Origin: Prochlorococcus marinus str. NATL2A | Lineage (GTDB): Bacteria > Cyanobacteriota > Cyanobacteriia > PCC-6307 > Cyanobiaceae | Direction of reading: 5' to 3' | DNA length: 32,000 bases | Assembly: GCF_000012465.1 (NCBI RefSeq) | Contig: NC_007335.2 | Span: 1,230,001-1,262,000 of the forward strand | The notes under the pieces: generated by a model | Databases searched by the model: none | The model's input: the letters and a program-made list of their open reading frames with translations, nothing else | Told to the model about the DNA's origin: nothing | In this document: piece after piece, positions 17,683-24,549 of the stretch | How the letters are laid out: each line of letters starts with the position of its first letter | Numbering within the stretch: position 1 is the first letter of the stretch | Program-made: the position numbers and the translations under genes

Positions 17683-17707
17683 GCTGCAATTTTTTGCAGC
17701 TTTTTTT
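17683..17707 (+). terminator. Rho-independent terminator
   Basis: gctgca-attttt-tgcagc hairpin followed by T7. Confidence 0.65.
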
Positions 17708-17852
17708 GTATTAAATAAAGCACCTATTCATAAATTTATAGCAACAGGTTAGAACGAAAATATTGAGTTACAGCAAAACACCAAAAAGTTAAAACAACGT
17801 CAGACAAGCGTATAGTCGGATCGCCGAGAATGATTAGTATTACTAGTCTGCT

Positions 17853-17871
17853 ATACGTTGAATAAAACTCC
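17853..17871 (+). repeat. Copy 2 of the ychF 3'-end core (one A missing from the A5 run)
   Basis: atacgttgaataaaactcc versus atacgttgaataaaaactcc. Confidence 0.85.
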
Positions 17872-17929
17872 TATATATCAAGTCATAACAACGTATTTGA
17901 ACGATAATTTAGGGTTAGACCAGTACAAC

Positions 17930-18027
17930 AAAAAGTTAGACCATCCATTTGACAGGTGAGAATCAGTTGACTCTTCTCTGAACTGGTGAGACCAATTTTT
18001 ATTTAAAAGTATTAGAGGTTTCTTTCT
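17930..18027. repeat. Conserved 3'-flank/arm segment, paralogous to 20075..20173
   Basis: aaaaagttagaccat..gacagg(t/c)gagaatcagt..actct.ctctga...ttttattt(a/g)aaagtattagaggtttctttcttca aligns by eye with the segment downstream of 20174..22015. The alignment includes the stop codon context. Confidence 0.85.
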
Positions 18028-19893
18028 TCAGCCGAAGCCAGTCATTTCAGTGAAGAGAGCTTTATTTTCCGCTGATTCTGCAAAACCTAGTAGGACTTCG
18101 TATCTGGTTTCGGCTCCATTTCTCAAGTTCCCTACCCAATAGTCATAACCACCCTGGTCAAGTTCTCTATTAAGGACATTTATGTATAAGGTCTTGACGT
18201 ATTGATTGTCAGTGACGTTTTCTCCATATCGCAATTTAAACTCCTCACTTACGAGAAATGAAGAGGCAACAGTTCTTATATCATTTGCACCTGAACTAAA
18301 TTGCTCAATCCAGTAGGAAAGGCCACTTGCATCAGGAAAACGTCTAAAGGCTGCATTATATAAACGAAACATCCTTCCTGAGTCAGTATTTAAGCCTGTT
18401 ATTTGATCAAAAACACCTTTTACATCGTCAATAAAATCTAATGTCTTATCAACGAATTGAAGCGAGAATGATGAAAGTCCAGTCGAGTTAAAAGTATCAC
18501 TACTTGGAAAAAATTCTGTTTGAACTTTTCGACCTGTAATCTCATCAAAACTATCTTTAGCTTTTATTTGATAGTTATTATTACCTTTATTAATAAAATC
18601 ATAATTAATACTTTCACCCTTGAAAAGTACTCCTGTATCCTTATTAATTATTTTGGTATTATCAGTACTAGGGCTGCTTACATTTGAGACATAACCTGAC
18701 ATCCCAGAATCGTCATCCTTATAGATCTCTTCTAATCTTACACTTTCCGGCTTAGATATTACTTTTCTTATGTAATCATTATATAGTTGATGACCTAAAG
18801 GATTGGCCTGTTTAATACTTTCTTCTGTTAGATATTGATCTGACCACTCAGGATCTAAACTATAATCTTCTGTATATTTTGTTGTATAGCCCCACATAGC
18901 ATATGTAAGACAATAGAGGTATTCTCGCATTACGACCGATTTATATACATCTTTATATTGAGGATGATTTTTTCCAATCATATGTTTGTAGTCTTTATCG
19001 TCATAGACACCATTATTTATAGCTTCATTAGCAGCATCCCAAAGCAATCCTTTCCCTTGAAAAGTATTAAATTGTTCAGGGAAGGCACCTGGCAAGGCAA
19101 AGTCAGTGAAAGTATGAAGTAAGTGCTCTAGTTGTTGTGTTATTTGATACCTTTGAATAGGTGTGTGATTTAATTTCCAAGTGTAATCATTAGAATTATA
19201 TAAATCATTTATTTCATCATAGCCTTTAGGTCCGTCATTTAAACTTGGATTCTGATAGGCACTATGTGTATTAATTCCAATTCTTTGGATTGTACTTTTA
19301 GATTTCATATATTGAAGAGCTTTTTCTTGTGCTTCTTTATCGATAAACTCTCCATTTGGATTAAACATCAATTTAACTGTTTCAGCGGTTTTTTTGATGA
19401 ACTCATCGTCTACAGCGGGTAGTCCACTAAGAGCTCCATGTGCAAATAGTCTTAATCCATAAACATCAAGGTATTTTTCCCAAACTCCAAATGTTTCATT
19501 TGTAGAAACAACATCTCCACTTGCATAAGAGCTATTAATTTTCTGCAAAGAATTTCCCATAAAGGAATGATTCTTGCATTGATAAAACAACTTAATTGAA
19601 GTTTCAGCAGGAAGAGTTATCTCCGTATAAGCTCCTTCAGAGCCGGCGATACCACTATTAATTACATTGCTATTGAAGGTGCTTAATTTTTCTGAATCCT
19701 TATAAAATAATATTTGATGACCAAGATTACTAATATCGGATTGATCAAATCTATAAGTAACACCAGAGAGTAAGCTTAAACTTGGTGACTCTATTCCATT
19801 AATAAAATAGCCTTTTGCAGAACCTTTATTGCTATAAATATGATTGCTTGTTTTGAGATTTACAGTTACTACTTTATTGACTACCTTTGGCAT
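18028..19893 (-). CDS. DUF4214-tagged protein with N-terminal cupredoxin-like domain and the unknown ~230-aa domain shared with 11085..12440
   Basis: 621-aa ORF. H59 ... FYQC106KNH109SFM112G matches the amicyanin-style type-1 copper pattern H...C-x2-H-x2-M. The C-terminus is YDFINKGNNNYQIKAKDSFDEITG...LQFVDK + MFRLYNAAFRRFPDASGLSYWI... ending LLGFAESAENKALFTEMTGFG. Confidence 0.85.
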   Translation of the reverse strand: MPKVVNKVVTVNLKTSNHIYSNKGSAKGYFINGIESPSLSLLSGVTYRFDQSDISNLGHQILFYKDSEKLSTFNSNVINSGIAGSEGAYTEITLPAETSIKLFYQCKNHSFMGNSLQKINSSYASGDVVSTNETFGVWEKYLDVYGLRLFAHGALSGLPAVDDEFIKKTAETVKLMFNPNGEFIDKEAQEKALQYMKSKSTIQRIGINTHSAYQNPSLNDGPKGYDEINDLYNSNDYTWKLNHTPIQRYQITQQLEHLLHTFTDFALPGAFPEQFNTFQGKGLLWDAANEAINNGVYDDKDYKHMIGKNHPQYKDVYKSVVMREYLYCLTYAMWGYTTKYTEDYSLDPEWSDQYLTEESIKQANPLGHQLYNDYIRKVISKPESVRLEEIYKDDDSGMSGYVSNVSSPSTDNTKIINKDTGVLFKGESINYDFINKGNNNYQIKAKDSFDEITGRKVQTEFFPSSDTFNSTGLSSFSLQFVDKTLDFIDDVKGVFDQITGLNTDSGRMFRLYNAAFRRFPDASGLSYWIEQFSSGANDIRTVASSFLVSEEFKLRYGENVTDNQYVKTLYINVLNRELDQGGYDYWVGNLRNGAETRYEVLLGFAESAENKALFTEMTGFG

Positions 19894-20074
19894 TTAGAAA
19901 TAAAAACTTATTCTAGATTAGTTATTGAAATTTTGTGTTTGCATATCATTAAGCGTTTTTTCTACTCAAAAAATTGTTTTAAGCAAAACATGAGACAAAG
20001 TTGACCTAGTCGTAATTGGACTCTTAAGACCAAACCGTCTCAAAACTAACCATTTCGTCTCATAAGGTTAGACA

Positions 20075-20173
20075 AAAAGGTTAGACCATTTCTGCGACAG
20101 GCGAGAATCAGTCAACTCTACTCTGACCTCTTTTGAACCAAGTTTTATTTGAAAGTATTAGAGGTTTCTTTCT
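20075..20173. repeat. Conserved 3'-flank/arm segment, paralogous to 17930..18027
   Basis: See 17930..18027. Confidence 0.85.
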
Positions 20174-22015
20174 TCAGCCTAAGCCAGTCATATCAGTAAA
20201 GAGAGTTTTATTCTCTGCTGATTCTGCAAACCCTAATAGAAGTTCACTTCTATCCTCTACGCCATTATTAAGTTGTCCAACCCAGTAGTCATATCCCTCT
20301 GCATCTGGTTCTCGATCAAGAATATTTTGATAAAGCGTTTTTACATATTGTTCATTTGAGACATTTTCTCCATATTTTTCTTTGAATTCAGAGGAGGCTA
20401 AAAATGATTCTGCTACTTGCCTTTCAGTATTTTCTCCTGATCCATTTTTTTCAATCCAGTACTCAAGTCCATCAGAATCAGGGAACCGATTAAAGGCAGC
20501 GTTATAGACGCGAAACATCTTTCCTGTGACATCATCTTTTGCTTTGACTTGATCAAAGGTTGCTTCTATTTCAGCAATGGCACTCACTGCTTTATCGGCA
20601 AATTGAAGTTTTGGGATACCAGTGATTTCATCAAAACCTTCTTCTGTTTTGATTTCAATGGATCCATCACTTCTTCTGAAGAACTCATATTCTTCTAATT
20701 CTTTTTCAAAAGTTTTAGATGTATTCAGTTTAGTTGGATCTACCCAACGATCATCAATATCGACTACTGGGTCGAGCCAATCTGGATAATCTTTTGGTCT
20801 ACGAGTGGCGGCTATATGACCTTTATAGTTAAACCCTTCAGGAATTGCAGAACCAATCTCTTTTTCTATTAATTCATATTCTTTGGTTCCTTCTTTAGGC
20901 ATCTCTAAAGGAGCATTCAGTAAATAAACTGGCGATATTGTGTTGCCTAACGCATCTGTCCCTTCATAAATAAGTGATTTAGTTTCTTCCTCTTTAGTTA
21001 TCGTCGAGTCTCCATCGATAATATTGGGCATGTATAAAAGATTATCCTGATTAGTTCTGTTGCCTGCATATCCAGCAGTATCGGCATATTTCGCTGATCG
21101 TGGATCATCATCCGCGAATAGAACTTGTCCGGTTGCAGCCATATGGGCTTCATAATCAAATCCGTCATTAGCTGCTGCACCATCTGTTTGCTCTAAAAGT
21201 TGTTGATAGCCAAGTGTTCCTTTTAAGGGTGCAATTAATTCTCCTCCACTTTTTACTTCAGCAATAAATACTGGAAGCATTGGATCTTTTAGATCTGATT
21301 CTGGGATTGCATTTGGTCTATATAAAAGATCATCTTGATTAGCTCTGTTGCCTGCATATCCAGCAGTATCGGCATATTTTGCTGATCGTGGATCATCATC
21401 CGCAAATAGAACTTGTCCGGTTGCAGCCATATGAGCTTCATAATCAAATCCGTCATTAGCTGCTGCACCATCTGTTTGCTCTAAAAGTTGTTGATAGCCA
21501 AGTGTTCCTTTTGGGGGTGCAATTAATTCTCCTCCACTTTTTACTTCAGCAATAAATACTGGAAGCATTGGATCTTTTATTCTGATTCCCTCAATTGAAT
21601 CAGGAGTAGAAGTTGAATCTGAAGTGGGAGTTGGATCTGGAGTGGGAGTTGGATCTGGAGTGGGAGTTGGATCTGGAGTGGAAGTTGGATCTGGAGTGGA
21701 TGAAGATTCCTCTATGTTGGGCATGTATAACAGGTCATCTTGATTAGCTCTGTTACCTGCATATCCAGGAGCATCGGCATATTCAGCTGATCGTGGATCA
21801 TCATCTGCAAATAAAACTTGTCCGGTTGCAGCCATATGAGCTTCATAATCAAATCCTTCATTAGCTGCTGCACCACCTGTTTGCTCTAAAAGTTGTTGAT
21901 AGCCAAGTGTTCCTTTTGGGGGTGCAATTAATTCTCCTCCACTTTTTACTTCAGCAATAAATACTGGAAGCATTGGGTCTTTTGCTTTTGGAGAAGAGAT
22001 ATTTTCGTTGGTCAT
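20174..22015 (-). CDS. DUF4214-tagged protein with three tandem ~96-aa modules; inverted paralogue of 12524..14626
   Basis: 613-aa ORF. It has three copies of KDPMLPVFIAEVKSGGELIAPPKGTLGYQQLLEQT.GAAAN(E/D)GFDYEAHMAATGQVLFADDDPRSA.YAD, and a (T/S)PDP linker after the first copy. The last ~220 aa are nearly identical to the C-terminus of 12524..14626. Confidence 0.9.
   Translation of the reverse strand: MTNENISSPKAKDPMLPVFIAEVKSGGELIAPPKGTLGYQQLLEQTGGAAANEGFDYEAHMAATGQVLFADDDPRSAEYADAPGYAGNRANQDDLLYMPNIEESSSTPDPTSTPDPTPTPDPTPTPDPTPTSDSTSTPDSIEGIRIKDPMLPVFIAEVKSGGELIAPPKGTLGYQQLLEQTDGAAANDGFDYEAHMAATGQVLFADDDPRSAKYADTAGYAGNRANQDDLLYRPNAIPESDLKDPMLPVFIAEVKSGGELIAPLKGTLGYQQLLEQTDGAAANDGFDYEAHMAATGQVLFADDDPRSAKYADTAGYAGNRTNQDNLLYMPNIIDGDSTITKEEETKSLIYEGTDALGNTISPVYLLNAPLEMPKEGTKEYELIEKEIGSAIPEGFNYKGHIAATRRPKDYPDWLDPVVDIDDRWVDPTKLNTSKTFEKELEEYEFFRRSDGSIEIKTEEGFDEITGIPKLQFADKAVSAIAEIEATFDQVKAKDDVTGKMFRVYNAAFNRFPDSDGLEYWIEKNGSGENTERQVAESFLASSEFKEKYGENVSNEQYVKTLYQNILDREPDAEGYDYWVGQLNNGVEDRSELLLGFAESAENKTLFTDMTGLG
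20990..21990. repeat. 288-nt tandem coding repeats (3 copies; the third is offset by a TPDP-coding 12-nt microrepeat at about 21601..21700)
   Basis: gggtgcaattaattctcctccactttttacttcagcaataaatactggaagcattgg recurs at 21227, 21515 and 21920. Confidence 0.85.
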
Positions 22016-22329
22016 TCTTTATTTGAACCTTGTCATGTATAAAGAAACTTCTAACTTACTAGATAATTTATACGATCTATCTAACTGATTAAGGATCGTT
22101 AATCAGTGGAAAATAATAATTATGAAAGTCTGGCAGGTAACAAAATGACAATTTCTAACCTGTATGAGAAGTGTAAGGAAAGTGTTATCGAATAAACCTG
22201 CCACCCAACACTTGACTCTTAAGCCCAGCTTGTCTCAAAAACCGAGTTTTTCGTCTCAAAAAGTTAGACTAAACGGTTAGACCAAAGGTTAGTCTAACCT
22301 CTGAAAACCTTTGGTATGACTAACTTTCT

Positions 22330-22349
22330 ATACGTTGAATAAAAACTCC
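22330..22349 (+). repeat. Copy 3 of the ychF 3'-end core, 20/20 match
   Basis: atacgttgaataaaaactcc. The preceding t and the following t.a.cgtc also resemble the ychF context. Confidence 0.9.
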
Positions 22350-22543
22350 TTAGCGTCCAGTTATACCAGTTGATTACGAGCAAAAATCAGGGTTAGACGT
22401 AAGTTAGAAGAGTAGAACGAAGTTAGAATTCAGCAGTAAAGGGTGACTACTGGGAAGAGTCATGCAAGATTCACAATCATAGAAACCTTACTCGTTTAAC
22501 TTTAAAATCGAACTTCTCATCTTGGGATATACTTTATAGACAA

Positions 22544-22572
22544 GCTAGCCAGTGAAAAAGCTAGTGTTTTTT
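22544..22572 (+). terminator. Terminator-like hairpin plus T6, 11 nt upstream of the TTG start of 22584..24431
   Basis: gctagc-cagtgaaaaa-gctagt (one G-U pair) followed by g-tttttt. Confidence 0.4.
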
Positions 22573-22583
22573 GGGGTTAATCA

Positions 22584-24431
22584 TTGGCAACTTTTACTTG
22601 GACTGCGAAAGGAAATCAAGGTGCTACTTATGATGGGACTTTCCCAAGTCATTACAAGAAAGCTCAAGACAATTATTACGCGGGAAATCTAACGGTACTC
22701 TCTGAGAGTTTATTAGCTAATGGAAAGATTTCCTATTATATTTCTGGTAATTACAATTTAGATCTTGACTATAAAAATGTCAAATATAATGAACAAACAG
22801 GAACTATTTCTTATAATGGATACACTTTCGAATTAAAACAATATGGGAATCATATTGGCACTGGCGAAGCAGATGGCTATTTTGTTGAAAATCTATATGA
22901 TTTAAGCACAATTGGCTACCTGAATAAAGACAAGACATACTATTCAGAGACGGGAGTTGAAGAAGTAATAACCGGCACATTTGACTATGAAAAAATAGGC
23001 GAAAGTTTAAGCTCTCAAAGGACATATTATATAAGTGGAGATGATACATTTAATGGGAGTAAGAAAGATGATAAATTATATTCAGGGCTTGGAAACGATA
23101 TTATTTATGGGAACGAAGGTAATGATACGTTAAAAGGTGAATCAGGCTCAGATATCATTAAAGGAGGTGATGGCTTTGATAATATTTATGGAGGAACAGG
23201 AAATGATAGTCTCCACGGTAATGATGGCAATGATTATATTGATGGAGGCAGTGGTACTGATGTTGCCAATTATGAAGGAAACTTCAGCGACTATTCTTTT
23301 GTACAAGATGGTTCAAATTTAAAAGTTATTGATAACAGAATCGGCAAAGACAAATGGACTGACACTCTTGTATCAATCGAATTATTAGATTTCTTAGATA
23401 AAAAGTCAGTAACTCCTGTCAATGCACAAACCCTGCAAAATTCTGCTCAAGTTAATACTAGTCCTGACAATACATCTACCACTAATAGTGATACGTCTAA
23501 TTCAAACAACCTATCAAATCCAAACAATGCAACTTCAAGAGAATTACAACAACTATACATAGCTTATTTTAGTCGACCTAGTGACCCTTCAGGTTTAAAT
23601 TACTGGACAGAAAAGGGGATTAGTAGAAGTGCTTTCGCTGCCAATATGTACTTACAACCGGAATTTAAAGATGTAAATGGAAACCTATCTGTAGAAGCCC
23701 AAGTCAATCAAATCTATTTAAATTTATTTAATCGATCAGGTGATGTAGCCGGACTAACCTATTGGTCAAATCAAATAAATAATGGTTCCTTGCAACTTGC
23801 ATCGATTGCTAATGATCTTATTTGGGCAGCTGAAAACAATCCGGGAGGTTCTAGCGATTCAAAAACTCTTACTAATAAAACTGAAGCTGCAATTGCCTAT
23901 ACAGCAAAGCTCTCTTCGACTACTTCAGGAATACTTTCTTATCAACCTCAATCAACGAGTCCTTGGATTTCAGGCAAAATTTTCGAAGAGGCTAAATCTT
24001 TCATCTCGGAAATAAATCAATACACTACACATACTTCATCGAGTATTGAAAATAGTATTAGTAGGTTTGACAGCCTATCTTCATCAAGCAACTTCAAACT
24101 TTTAATTGATCCAAAGTTGAACAAAACAGACACAATCACTGGGATAGGCGTTCAAACTACAGAGACTAAAGCTTTTGAAGATACTTTTAGTGGACTGAAT
24201 TTAAACTCATCAGATCTCTTTGAAAACCACTCATCGCAAGATACAGATCACCATGATTTCGTATCTCATTTACATGAAGAAGTTCTTGATAGAAAGCCTG
24301 ATTCTATTGGCATGAACTATTGGCAAGGTCAACTTAATAGCGGAGCTGAAACTCGATACGAAATTCTTCTTGGTTTCTCTGACTCAAACGAGAACTTAGG
24401 ACTCTTTACTGAGATGACAGGGTTGGGCTAA
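22584..24431 (+). CDS. RTX (hemolysin-type Ca-binding) repeat protein with an internal DUF4214-like domain and a truncated C-terminal tag
   Basis: 615-aa ORF. TTG is the first possible start after an in-frame TAA, and there is no in-frame ATG for more than 150 codons. Nonapeptide run: GNDIIYGNEGNDTLKGESGSDIIKGGDGFDNIYGGTGNDSLHGNDGNDYIDGGSGTD. Internal domain: LQQLYIAYFSRPSDPSGLNYW. The C-terminus is only the second half repeat, VLDRKPDSIGMNYWQGQLNSGAETRYEILLGFSDSNENLGLFTEMTGLG. Confidence 0.8.
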   Translation: MATFTWTAKGNQGATYDGTFPSHYKKAQDNYYAGNLTVLSESLLANGKISYYISGNYNLDLDYKNVKYNEQTGTISYNGYTFELKQYGNHIGTGEADGYFVENLYDLSTIGYLNKDKTYYSETGVEEVITGTFDYEKIGESLSSQRTYYISGDDTFNGSKKDDKLYSGLGNDIIYGNEGNDTLKGESGSDIIKGGDGFDNIYGGTGNDSLHGNDGNDYIDGGSGTDVANYEGNFSDYSFVQDGSNLKVIDNRIGKDKWTDTLVSIELLDFLDKKSVTPVNAQTLQNSAQVNTSPDNTSTTNSDTSNSNNLSNPNNATSRELQQLYIAYFSRPSDPSGLNYWTEKGISRSAFAANMYLQPEFKDVNGNLSVEAQVNQIYLNLFNRSGDVAGLTYWSNQINNGSLQLASIANDLIWAAENNPGGSSDSKTLTNKTEAAIAYTAKLSSTTSGILSYQPQSTSPWISGKIFEEAKSFISEINQYTTHTSSSIENSISRFDSLSSSSNFKLLIDPKLNKTDTITGIGVQTTETKAFEDTFSGLNLNSSDLFENHSSQDTDHHDFVSHLHEEVLDRKPDSIGMNYWQGQLNSGAETRYEILLGFSDSNENLGLFTEMTGLG

Positions 24432-24549
24432 ATAACAAAACTTACAAGTCACTCAAAAGACAAAACACTCATTATAAATTTAATACAAAGTTAGAACAAA
24501 GTTAGAATAGCCATAAAAGTCGCTGAAAACCCGTGGTATGACTGGACGC

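Noticed and set aside
16353-24549. A tRNA or tmRNA gene as the real integration target at the island border
   Set aside because: I found no cloverleaf-compatible segment, no GTTCRANYC-type T-loop and no CCA-proximal acceptor stem by eye in the spacers. The repeated core is clearly the ychF coding end. A tRNAscan/ARAGORN run would settle it.
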